DNA of 48,829 nucleotides, filler included, from Sphacelaria rigidula (lineage: Eukaryota): the NCBI GenBank assembly GCA_964200075.2. It is 3 parts of 3 records of this genome, joined end to end, with 100 filler letters (N's around TTAATTAATTAA, not from the genome) between each part and the next. Parts side by side here need not be neighbours in the genome. Positions count along the whole stretch, not along the records: positions 1 to 16,211 come from CAXNAA020001441.1; 2 more parts are not named here. One strand, given 5' to 3'. Within the stretch, counting starts at the first letter, position 1. Every line of letters starts with the position of its first letter. Of this stretch, positions 1-12,800 are shown piece by piece. Under the pieces are notes generated by a model. That model made no database searches, had not been told where the DNA came from, and saw nothing but the letters and a program-made list of their open reading frames with translations. A program made the position numbers and the translations under genes.

Positions 1-13
1 ATCCAGTCGACCA

Positions 14-157
14 CTTGGTTCACTCACGTCCTCACGCTTTCCACGGTGGAAAGCATACATTACGAAGAAAAAACCTAACGCATCGGGAATCGAACCCCCG
101 TTCTCTCCACCCTAATGGCGACATTCGGACCATTACACCACCGGGTCGCAGCGGCAA
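14..157 (-). mobile_element. tRNA-derived SINE, family A (intronic copy)
   Basis: The minus strand has an A-box-like TGGTGTAATGG and a B-box GGTTCGATTCC followed by a non-tRNA body. Clearly homologous to 48184-48336. Confidence 0.75.
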
Positions 158-717
158 GCGACAATGAAAAGACCTTACTTCCTACGCATGAAAAATGATT
201 AGCCGTGAGAACTGTCAACAACTGTCGAAACACGTCCCGCTTACTTCGACGGGGTCACCACGGGAGGATTCGAGATAGTCAGGGGGGTGGAATCTAGCGC
301 TAACGAGAGCGATCCACCCGCGCTTGGAGACAAAGTGTAGTTGCTCCGTCAAATACGCATCGTGAGTTGTAGATATACGAAGCGAATCGGGGACCCACTG
401 CAACCGCATCAACAGTGCTGTCTAACTGACTGGCAATTCAGGTTCAACGAGGTTTTGGACTCAATGGCGAACATTATTTCCCTAATCTCTTGAGTGAGTA
501 CCAATGGTCGTTGTAATTTGCTGTGGGGCGCATGTAAGCGGTTTGTCCATTTCTAGCATGGTGCTCTCGTAGTCATCCGCTTGCCGGAGTCTCACTTGGA
601 CTAAAACCACATTAAACTCGTGTTTCCTACCCAATCAGCAAAAGCCGGAGAAATACACATCAATGGTCAGAGCTCCGGTATCCAAACGCTTCAAATTAAA
701 AAAAAAAAAATGCCCAC

Positions 718-804
718 CTGATCCTCGGTGTTGTTACGTCCAATCGCATGCCCGAAGTAGCTCAATCGCGGGGAAGCCGTGATGTTCTCCAGGGATTCGA
801 ATAT
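718..804 (-). CDS. UBR4: BIG/UBR4 exon (87 bp)
   Basis: AATAG|IFESLENITASPRLSYFGHAIGRNNTEDQ|GTGGGC. Completes the FPxxxFE...IT motif of BIG/UBR4. Confidence 0.75.
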
Positions 805-3800
805 CTATTTTCCAGAGATCGGCCCGCAGGGCGACGGGGGGGCACACAGCGCACGAAGCAACATGCAATGGTTTGGTTGCATATTGGCAATTCTACCCAG
901 ACAACGCACAAAGCCTCCAGTGCACTCCACAATTCTGACACGCAAAACAACGTCCATAACCAGCGGTATCCCCTGCCTGAGGCAGTCTTCTTTATGGCGG
1001 GCCCCCACTCAGCGGCGGTGGGGATCGGCTTCCACCTCACTACTCCCCCGTAGGCAGGGCTAAATCCACTTCGACGCTGAATCCCATTTACAGGCGGTCA
1101 AGTTTCGCTTGCAGTATACCGACATGAAGTAGGCCTCCACTGCAAACACATCTACAGGGTAGGGGTTGGTGCAAATGTGGTGAAAGTACTACGGGTCGCG
1201 ATCACCCTCCCCAAAGTCGTTTCGCCCCGGTTGGTGGTGTAACGGGTACAGCTTGAAATCGGTCAGGGCGGACATCAGGGTTTGACTCCCAGCAGAAAAC
1301 TCTTCCCTCTGAGGAATACCATGCATCTGATTTCCGTCGTTGGAACGTGAGGACAGAAAACACCGGATGATATGACCCAAGTCGGTGCGGTGAGGAAGTG
1401 CCAATCCAATCCGCGACACCACAGTGGCCGACATGCATGTACCCGGGTACAGATAGGGTAATCCCTTGAGAGCACGGAGTAATCCCGAGGAAGGGGAGGG
1501 GTAAAAGGTATGACGATACACGCACATGTATATATACATATTAATACCCACATACCCCCCGCCTAAACTCCAATTCTCCTCGGACATCAGACGAGACACG
1601 TGAAAGTTTGTAATCGTTCGAACACAGCAAGCTTACCTCCACCGGGAAGGAGGGCGCTCCATTGGCACCAGAGAGCGAAGCCGGGGTGGGCAAACTAGCG
1701 GCGCTTTCCGACTCAGTGCGAGCCGCCTGAGTAGACAGCAACATGATTCAAGGGGCACGAGCCGAGCGATGCAGACGCATTTCAGTATCATTGGCCGTGC
1801 GGGTCAAACGGGCTAGCCTTCTCGCTGAACTGTTGTGTGGCCAACGCGTCCGCACCATGAATGACAAGAGTATCAATCAACATGCCGTAAGGGGGTGGTA
1901 GGATCAAAATGATCCACGAAGCACGTGTCTTGCGAAATTAGAATGGACAAAAGTGCAGAGCGACGGAACAAACACAACCAACACCGGGAGACCCAAAAAG
2001 GCAGCTACAAGAATTGGGCAATACACAATCGAAAACAACGAGCGCCATAGATGCGCGTGCATCCATCATCCCTAGGGAAACTCACATGAGAACGGAAAGA
2101 AACAAAAACCTCTTCCTCGCTGGAATGCTCATGTCCACTCGAGTCGCCACCTCCTTCCCCCCCCGCCACAGCGGCTGCCGTCCTGCTAGCCATTGATAAG
2201 GATCCGCGGGTACCAGCAGTTCGACCCGAAGATCTAGCGCGACTTCGTGCTGCCGCCACCGCAGGCGCACCCACACCTGAAGGTCCAGAGCCCATCGACA
2301 AACCTCGCGAGATTCGCTGCGCGCGCTCAGCCGCTCGCAGGCGCCTGGTAGCAAGGGCTTCCTCGAGCTTGGTGAGCGAAGAGGACAGGGAGGAGGCGGC
2401 AGGGGACCGACGCTGCTGCTGCTGCTGCGAAGACACCGCGGCTGGAGGCTGCCACATGCGGAGTCGGCCGCGCCGACTGGGCTGGGGCTGGGAAAACGAA
2501 GGTGACAACGCCTTGTGATTGGAGATAGCGCCAGCACTGCCACCCCCGCTAGTCTTCCCTGACGCGGAAGTGGAAGGTCGGATATCTCCCTGCTCGCCTG
2601 GCGAGGACAGAGAAATCCTGCCGGCAGCGTCCATTAAAGATGTGGTCGCTGCGGATCCGGTGGTTGCCGCCCTCGACATTCCCGATATCCCTGTACCTCC
2701 CTGCACCCTAGCAGGTGGAGTTGGGGTGGGATTTCCGGCTGGTGCAGCAACAGATCGCCGTGCATCGGACGTGGCGGGTACAACCGCCGCGTTCGTGACC
2801 ACCGCTGCAGCCGCCGCCGCTGTCGCCCGGGTTCTCTCCTTCTCTATGGCGCTGAGGTGCGCCGGGCTGGTGTAGCACTGAACACTTCCGTTTTCGAACA
2901 AAACCATGAGAACCGGGGTCACGTATGGAGGTCTGCGGCTGGTACTGTTTTCGCTGCTGACGTGCAATAAGTCGCCGTTGTGCCTAGAATGATCGCCGAC
3001 ACTCGCCGCCAGGCCTAACCCCCGCCCAGCTCCGCCCCCCCATGTAGACGCCGACTGTGGAATCGACAGAGATGGGGACGGACACATGCACATTCCTTGC
3101 ACCGTGCCTGGGACCAACGTTCGGGTCAGCGCCGCAAAAGCAGAAGGGCCGACCTCCGTCACACTGCGGTCAGGCCACTTTAATTGCTGCAGTTCGAGGT
3201 CCAGCTGAGTTGGTTCGGTGTTCGGGGAAGCGAGCGCGTGCGACAAAGCAAATGGAGTTAGGGGGTGGGAGGGGGGGGAGGATAAGCCGTGATATTCTCA
3301 ACTACATGTGAATCTATTGCGCCGACAAGAGAAGATGGAATATATTACTGCTAGTTGTGATATCAACACACGGCAACCCATTGGGTTGTTTCGTCGACTC
3401 ACCCCGCGCTTGTCGCCACTTCCACCGCTTATCTTCATCGCCAGAACCCTGTCCGACTTGACCTTTCCTCCTCCCGCTGCAACTTTTGTTCCTCCCTCGG
3501 CGATGCAAACCAAAGACGCCGAGGCCGATGTAGCGGCCGCTGTGCCATCTTCCCCCACAAGATCACTTGCCCCGTCCCAGTAGTCCAGGAATCGAGTGTA
3601 AGGGGGTAGGCAGGATTTTGATTCTAGATTCATCGCTGCCGCAGTCGCCGCTGCTGACACCACACCTTCGGGGGTCTTCTCGGTGCCCACGCCCTGAGAG
3701 GTGGGAGTGGCGCTGACATCCCCGGTGGTAGCATCGCAACCACCGTTGCCTCCGTTGTCACCGCCGTTCGAGCGGGGGAGCAGAACAAAGCCTCCCGCCA

Positions 3801-6800
3801 CAGCCATCGTGGCACCCGTGCCTCGCAATCGCAAACAGAGCGTAGATTTACCGCCGCCCGCGACCACGAGGACATCCATCCGGGGGGAAAAGTGGAGCGC
3901 ACCAGCGGTCGCTGCAGACGTCGTTGCAGCGCTTTCCGATGCTGCTGTCTTCGATAAGTGAACCGGAGACATCGCCAGCATTCTGTCGGCTTCGGAAGTA
4001 GACGGCGCGGCAGACGCACGACACCCGGCCGCCGGCCAACCGCTTCCCCTGCGGCGCAACCCGGGTTCTGCGAAGATCAGACTGTCGTCCGGCGAGTCTT
4101 CGACCGCATCCTCGAAGTCGCACCCTGCAAACGCCTGGAGATAACTGCTATAGCTCGGCGATTCTTCAGCAGAGCCAGAGACCGGGGACTCCACCTCTTC
4201 GTCTTCCTCACGCCCGCTGCCTCCTACGCTCTCGCTTCGCCCTTGGCTTCCGTCGCTTTCACTTCCATTGTCACCCTCCACTTCGCCCCCGGTATTATCA
4301 CCAGCGCTGCCTCCGCTAGTACCGCTGCCGCCTGCATCAGCATTGTTCTTGCTAACGTCTCCACCAGCAGCCGGTCGGGCTTCTTCCAGGTGTGGCGGAA
4401 CAACGAGCTTATGCCGAATCTCCCCATCATGGGCATAAGCCCCATCACCACCGCCGCTTCCCCCGTCATTTCGGCCACCATCTGTCGACGGGGTAGGGAT
4501 GCCCTTGGCGTACAAACGGCCGCTTCCAGTTAACACGACCGCTGTGCCAAGCATTGCGGGGGATGCACTTGTCCCTCCCCCCCAGCCCTCCGCCGACGCC
4601 TCTCCCGAGAGAGCCAACGAGGCATCCGAGGGTGGTGGTCTGGGTGGAACCAGTTCAACATCACGTATGGATGACCCGGCGCCACCGTTCGACGCGTCCT
4701 CCGCAGTAGCGGGAAGGTAAAAAGTGTTTACCGGAGCAGCCGCGTCTTCTGAAAGATCGTACACGCGGATGAATTGTGTACAGACCACCGCGAGCAAGAC
4801 CTGTGTACAATGTGTCGTGACGAGGATACGTCAGTGTAATACTAATTTTGTCACCGAAACAAATGCACCAATCTGTGGCAGTTTTGCCGTAAGGCTACAT
4901 GCACAAGGCAGATCCGGATTCTCTTCGTGAGGACACACACTTTGATCAAAGGCAGAGGTTGCTGAACCAACGGCCAGACATATTTGTTCAAGCGTCGATA
5001 TACTATTTTCAGCCGTGTAGGAGAGGCCCCATGCACAGAGGAAACGGCGAGGGAATACTGTTGACTGAGTGCACACCTGCGACCCGGGCACCCAGATGGC
5101 CTTTAACACGCACGTCCCGCAATCTTCCGCCCCGCCGCCAACGTTATTACTGCGATCTGCATCACCGCCTCCCGAGGACCCGAACGCCCCGAAGGACAGG
5201 TTCACCTGCACATCGTGGGTCATATTGAAGGAAGCAAGTCTGAGTAAGCACTACCCCTCGAAATAAAATTGCCGGTTGTCGGCCAGATTGTGGACACACG
5301 GTACGACGCGATCGGGATATCTACATGCAATATCATATAGCACAGAAATACGCAAATGGTTCCAGCTTTGATGACAGCCTGCAAACTCATTCCCTCAAGT
5401 ATGCAGGAGAAGGATAAACATATCTATATACACACACAGGACGCGCGAACTGCACACCAACTTCTCACTGCACGCATTATATGTACCTGAACGCGTCGAA
5501 TCGCCATACCACGAGAGTTAAGCACAATCACGCAGCAGTTGCGCAGTCCCCACGCCACGAGATGGCGCTCGTTCATCCGGTTAAAGGACAAGCCGACAAC
5601 GTCGAAGCCCACGGGCATAGAAGACACCACACAGAGATGACTGCGGTCGACAGGTGCATCGGCGGTTGAAAAATTTCCAAGAGCAGATCGTGAACTTGAT
5701 GCGCCACCGGTCGTACCCGCGCCCGCCACCGTCGCGGGGGTCGCGTATCGGAGCGCGAGCGCCCCGACCGGGTCCACCATAAGCACAGTTTGTGTCTCCG
5801 CTACCGCGACCCTACCACACGAGGTGGCAGCGAGATTGCGCCTAACCACACCATGAAGGGCCATGGACGCCCGATCCTGCCTCACGCGCGCCCCGTCTGT
5901 AGGTAAACGAACGTCAAGACTGCCGTTTCGCATGAGGCGTGCCGGCGCCAGTATTGGATACAACGAAGCCGTTCGCGTGGTGTCGACGGCGGGACGATAT
6001 CGCAGGAAGGCTGCCGTCCGTCGGGATGGCGAGGAAGACGTGGCAGTATCGCCCCCGTCACCCTTCGCATCCATCGTCCCTTCAGCCGGATCACAGAGAG
6101 CATCCCATGGACGCTGTCGAACGCGCTTGTTGCCACCTGAGACGGTGTTACCGTTGCATTCGTCCATGTCTACCCCACCGACTTCCAAATTCCCAGGGGC
6201 ATTCATCGCGTCAAACTTCGATAGAAGAACCGAGTACACCGTGCGCAGGTCTTCGAGTATGCTAACCCCTTCGTCTCTTGTGCCACCGGTCATGGCGGCG
6301 AGCATGGATGCTCTCTGTGAAGGGAAATCGCGCCATTTGCACGCTGCCTGAGCCGCCGCGGCAGCGGCCGTCTTCGCTCCAGACATCGCTGCCCGCAAGG
6401 GAGTTCGGCTACCACGCGGGGACTTCTTGGAACCGCTCTGCCGCCGCGAGCTCGAAGTCCGTCCGCCACCGCCGCCACTGCGCGATCGCCCCGACGGCGA
6501 TATTGGCTTCGTGCCGGGTGTCGTAGTGGAGAGCAGCGCGCCAAGCTCTCGACGCGTGCGCGTTTTGAGGCATTCACACTTAGCGCGAGAGCCCTCTTTG
6601 ACGGTATCGGTTCGGTTCACGGAGGCACCGCCAGCGCTCGCCGAAGGCGAAGACCCACTCATACCTTCCGAGGAGGCTGGTGAATTTTCGAGCGAAGGTG
6701 GGGGGGTCTCTGCATCCCCGCCACTCTCCGCCGCGCTGCTGCCACAGTCACAAAAGAAGCAAGAAAGCCGAGCGTACGACACATCGTGACCTCGGTGGCA

Positions 6801-9800
6801 TACGCGCACGCAGAGCCGGCAGCATCCCTTGTCGTGCACCAAGCCGCAAGTATAGCAGTGATACCAGTGCTGGTTCACGAATTGCTTGTGATTCGACACG
6901 AACGTGCAGACTAGCGGTGGTTCCTGTTGCGAAGATGCCACCGCCGCTGCCCCCTTAGTCATGGCCAGTGTCGCACCGCTTCCCGAGGATTTCCCCACCT
7001 GTCCCGAGACCCACTCAGCCCCGTTCATGAGGATTTCGTCGTCTTCAGAATCGACATCATGTTGCTGCTCGAGCGTCTCACCGATGGCTGGCCCAAACAT
7101 CGTCAGCATAAGTTCCAGACACCGCGCAAGCGACCACAACGCTTCCTCTTCTCCCATTTCCTCTTGCCCGCTTTGAACCCTCCCCCCCCCCCCCCCCCCC
7201 CCCTCGTCCACCTGCATCCTGTCTGCATAAGGAGGGCCGCCGCGCAACTTACGCGCGAGCGGACGCGCTACACCCATCAAGGCCACCGCAAGCTCGGCGT
7301 GCAGCCCGTTTTGTGATGCCAACCATAGCGACAGACTAGCTGGATCTACGGCAGTCCCCTCCGACGCCAACCCCCTACCACTACTAGGGCTTGCGACGAC
7401 TTTCTCGCAACTGGAGCTCGAGCCGCGAGGAGAAATAAGGGATACCAGACTGCGCCTCCCGGCCCAGGAGCTCGCCATGCGCAAGAGCTCATGCAAGACC
7501 CGTTTCCGTAGAGTACCTTGTTGGGAATTAACGACGGAGGGCTCCCCATTCACCTCCGTCGCGGCTGTCGTCTCAGGCACCCCAGTCGGAAACGGGTATC
7601 CCACGACTAGACCGAGCACCGCGAGAGCATCATCCACAACATGCGCTTTGCTTGCACGAACTGCACCCGGCCGAGGGTCACGGACAGCCCGTGCCACCAG
7701 GTCGTGCATGACAGCCTCGGATCGGCTGGCAAGGATGCACACAATCGCGTTTGCGAACGGACGGCGATATTGGGTGTCTTCCGAGGAGGAGGACTGAGAG
7801 GAGGACGCCAAACTACACGCATGCGCTTCAGCCTCAAAAGCGGTCCGTAGTACGAGAAGCACTTTAGGGAGGGAGTTGCAAAACTCCGGGCGCTCCAGCA
7901 AGTCTATGAGCGTCGACGCGTCTCCCCGCGGTAACAAATACTCCTCATCTGCGGTTTTGCTTGATTCAGCCTCCGTTTCCGCGCCGCCCGTACGAGGACC
8001 GCGGGGCACAGCGGAGGTGACAACCTTGACGACCTTTGCATGTGTTGCAATGCTACCGCTGCCGTTGTCGTAATAATTGAGCACGTCGCGAGCGGTGGTC
8101 GGCACAGAAAGAAGCAAGAGCAGCTGATCCAGCCCATCCTCGAGAGCGATCTGCGCACAGGCGTTCGACTTCCCCGACTTAGCTGCATTTCCAGTGTCTG
8201 AAACAGTAGGCTGTTGCCCGCTGACTGTACTTGCTTCAGCGCCAACATCGCCCGCAGCAACGCTGGTGAGGGCCAATCGAATCAACCGATCCGCCCTCTT
8301 CACTTGCCACGCGCCGGCGACCATGTTCCAGAGCTTGGCGTTGGCAGGCGACGCGGAATCTCTCGTGCTAGTTGCGGGTCGAACAAGGTGCGCAAACGCG
8401 CGGGTGGGGAGTGGCTTGAACCACTGACACCACACGTTGGCGGACATCTCACCCCACAACAATATGACGCGTTTTGACGTCGCATCCCACGCCTGGTTGA
8501 GATCTTGCCTCGCCTCTCTCGCAGTGACGGCTGGGCCCCCGCCGACCAGAGCAGTTCGCCTGGTACCCTCTCGAGCTGTAGACGAGAGTGCATTTGTCAG
8601 CGTAAACATGCTGAGAAGAACAGCTTCCAGCATCGACCTGGCCGACAAGCACAGTTTCGCGGCGCTTTCCGCCACGCGGTCAACGTCTTGGCCTGCCTCT
8701 GTGTCGGTTACGTCAACGCCGCTACCTCCCGTGCCCGGCGACGCCGTCGTAGCATCGGTGCCCCACCCAGTGTTGACCTCTTGCAGCGACCGCGCGGTAG
8801 ACCATGCTGCGATGTTGATCATGACCTCCCACTTCCGTATCGCATCCGTGCTCCTCCCTCTTGTTCCGCAAGTGCTGATTTCCCTGCTTCCTCTCAAACC
8901 AAACTCAGACGCGATGGTTTCAGGCTCAGCAAAAGCAACCGGTAGTTTGCCCGCAGACTGCGATCCCCTCGACGTGGAATGACTGCAAGCACGCCGATGC
9001 CACAAGGGTAACGTCTCCAACACTCCCTCTACGCTAGGATAATTGAGCTCAGTGTGCAGCCCTCCACCCAAATACTGGTCGCACCCTAACTTCGCTAGTC
9101 GGGACATCGGCTTCGACGTTGACTGGCAATCGATAAGCAGCATGATGGAAGCGAACAAGTCTGACGACATGCTGCCTTCGGTATGCCCGCCTGCCTCGTT
9201 TGCTCCACCGCCAACACCCCCGTTATCATTGTTGCCAATATCCAGTTCGTCCACTGCGTTTAACGAACTCCTTGCCCCCTCCACGCGGTTTTTGCCAGGC
9301 TCGACAGCATTCCCTACCGTGTGGACGGCGGCCAGCGCAGCCTTGACAACCTCAATGTAGTAGTGGAAACACCTCTCCGCGAGCTCTGTGAGAAATCGGG
9401 AGAAGTCGACGAGCGGTGAATCTCCACTGCTCGCGACGTGGTGTTTCCCCGACGGATCATCCCCGTCATCCACAACGAGTGGCGATACGGAGCCTCCAAG
9501 TCCGTTTTCCTGATGGGCCGCCTTTCCGATCGCAGCGCTAGCATAGACCGCGAAAGCCTCCACGACACCGTGCACGCAAAACCGTTTGGAAAGCAGCTCA
9601 TTATGGGCCATCGAGCGAGCAACCCCGGAGGGCAACAACGCCTGTACGATCTCTTGCGAGTCCAGATGAAACCAGCTCGATAGTCCCATCCGGACCATTG
9701 ACAGAGTCGCCGAGAACTGCGGCGAAAGTAGCCCCCAGTCCCCAATGCCGCTGGCGTCGCACCGTGCCAAGCGTTGTTTGTCCTGCAAGCCCAGCAGACA

Positions 9801-12800
9801 CGCCCGAATCTGACAAATGCTCACCATGCAAGGGTTCGGGCACGATAATCCTTCCGCAGTAGGCTGCCGACTTCCTTCACCGAGAGCAACATACTCCGGC
9901 GGCAGTGTGCCGAGGATCCTCCAAGCGCAAAAAAAGAGGTAACCTTCGTCCCTATCCCCGTCCTCGAACCCGGATCGTGTTGAAGCTTCGAGTACACCCT
10001 GCCATGCCTCACGCCATTCGTTGAATCCGCCCCCGGCAACTTCGGACCACAAGTCGCGGCTGTATGCACGGGCCGCTCCAGGACGTTCGTGCCACGCTGT
10101 CACCCCTACCTCCTCGTCGGCCTCGAACACGGCGAGGTAGCGCGAGCGGTGGTCGCCCGTTCGTCCTCGATTGCTGCCACCGGTGACCCCGCCGCCACCA
10201 TTGGTGGCAGGCGTATGTGGCACGCGTGCGAGGTCGCTTCGTAGGCGAGCCCCCTGCGATGGCGTTCGCTCCGAGTCGTGGAGTGTACGCAGCATGAACT
10301 CTGCAAGGGTCATGCACTGGGCGAGAAGCACCCGCAAACCCTTCGCCGGGGGGCCGGGGCCAGAAGACCGGGACGAGTTGCCTGTCGACTCTACGCCGAC
10401 GACCCGAGCTTCAGCACCACACCGTGCAATGAAAACGGCGCTGAGGTTGAGGACTAGCCCGAGGTGAGATGTCAGCACCGCGCGTCTGAACTCCAAGTCC
10501 TGAAAATAGTACGAGACGGCTAGGAGTTGGGCATGATGCCGGAAGATATCATCTCGCCCCAACGACGACGACCTCTGCTGGTGCTGCCCCCAGAAGGCGC
10601 AGTAGGACTCGCCTACCTTGAAGAAGCGATCCCACAACAGCTGCGCCATCAGTCTGCTCGATTCCGCGTCGTCGGTGGCCGTCGTGGCAGAAAGGTGTTC
10701 CTGGACCTGTGATGGCACGCAGCGGGTGGAGAGAGCATGGAGAAGACGCGTGGGCGCGGGGGAAGGTGGGTTGCATCGTTCGAGGTGCACCCCTGGTTGT
10801 GGTGCCTAGATGTGATGGATAAAACATGAAATTCATCAATCGACTACAAAGAAACGTAGGCGCCCAAATAACAAAACAGATCATTTTCGATCAGGTACCC
10901 GAAAATACCCCGAGTTTCTCACAAGGGAAGGAGTGTAACTACTGAAACAAACGAATACTCACGTTTGGCTTAGTATGTTGGTCAAAATAATGATGTAAAC
11001 ACTCGAACTCGCGCTTGATCGAAAGATAAAATATGCCCCACGCAATCTTCGAAACGTAACAAGTGCTCGACCACGACCGTGTAAGATGGTACAATTTACA
11101 TGAGGTGTAGCTCAACTAAACCGTGGTTTCAATACTGTGTGCAGACAGCCGGGGCGTTCAAGCGCGGGATTCAAAGGCCACCGCGTAGCTGCTCCGCTTG
11201 CTCGCGCAACGAACGAATAATCAAGCCAACCTGAAAGGATAAAAAATAAGCCCACCTTGCAAAGGATTAGCACCGCAGGCATGTCCAAAAACGGCAAGGG
11301 ACCGTCGCCAGCAGAGGTAGCCCTGAAAGATACTACAGTCCGCGCAACCAGCGCGGCCAGCCCCTTTCCCTGGAGCGGCGCCGATCGGGCCGCTACACAA
11401 GCCTGAGCTAGCTCGTCCGTGAGCGTCCCAAAGGTCTGCCAGCTGCGTGACTGTCGAAACGGGATAGACGTTGTGCGAACCATCAACCCACCACCCGAGG
11501 ATGTCCCCCACGTAGAGCACCCCTTTTCCACCCAGGGATGCCACGGCTCCCACGCCAGTAAGAGCGCCGACACATGAACACGGTTCAGAGACGCAGGCAA
11601 CTGCAACCCGGCAAGTGCACGCCATGTAACGTTTGCAGTAGCAGAATGCATCCCCTGTGTGGTGGCACTGCTGCTGTGACTGTCCGAAGAACTTGAGCGT
11701 CGCTTTTTAACGCGCGCTAACATGGACAACCTCAAAGACGCCACGTTGCTGCCAGCTTGGACACCGTTTCCGCGAAGCGATCCCGCGCCACCGTCGCCTC
11801 TCAGGAGCACAGACATTGCTTGTAGAGCAGGTCCGATCACATGACCGACGGTGCTTGCGTTACCTCGCGTAGGGCGGCGCTGCGCGCCTGATGCCTCGGC
11901 TTTTTCCACCTTAATAGTCGAGAGACGCTCATGCTCGGCTGCGGCGCACATCACTGCAGCGAGGGCGTCCAACACCTCCGCGGCAGCTGCCAGAGCAGCG
12001 GTCGCTACCGCCGCATCATTACCTCCGTCATCTCCATCCTGCCCTTGCGCAGCCGTGCCAGACTGCTGCTGCCACCGTTGGCGCCATGCCGGCATTTGCT
12101 CTGCGATAAGTGCAACGCGGTAGAACGCTGTCGGGCGTCCGTTGCAATCCTTCACGGTCGTAGACCCACCGACTCCAGCCGATTCCTCACTGAAATCTCC
12201 GGCTGGTCGCGGAGACGGCCGCGCTCTCGGCAGTGAAGGTGGAGACGGCGCGGTGGCGTCCGGAGTCCCCGGACCCTTGTCCCGGGCGTCCTGGGCATTC
12301 TCAAGCAGGGTGCGGACGGCGAAGCACGCTAGTCTGGCAGGCAGCGGGCGAACGGATGGCACAGAAGATTGGACCTGACTCTGGCCAGCGATCCCCGCAT
12401 CTGCATCTCCGTCAGACAACTGCTGCAGTCCAAGCGCGTACTCCAACTGCGCTCGCCCGGGCATACACGCGAGGATCCGCCCAGAGGCCCAGCAGGATAT
12501 CGCAGAGGAAAGCATGGCTGCTGCGGGTCCCGCTCGAGCTGCTCCGCCACCAACGCCCTTGTCCGCCTCTGGCTCCAGAGAGGAAAATAACCAAGCGATG
12601 TCACTCACTAGGTCAACGCTGAGACCAACCGTCTCAGCCGGAGATGACCCATCAACGAGAGGCGATATCTCCGCCAGTACCATCGCTGTGCCACGCTCAG
12701 GAGTAGCCGGAGCAGCTGCGCCTCCAGTTAATGCACTCGTCGCCCCACCACCTGTTTTCGCATGCTCTTCATTCGTACATGTGTCTCGCCTCTCGTTAGA

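Noticed and set aside
245-400. Possible next BIG exon ending DYLESSRGDPVE|GTAAGC
   Set aside because: The donor is good and there is faint motif similarity, but no convincing phase-0 acceptor could be fixed, so it was left uncalled.
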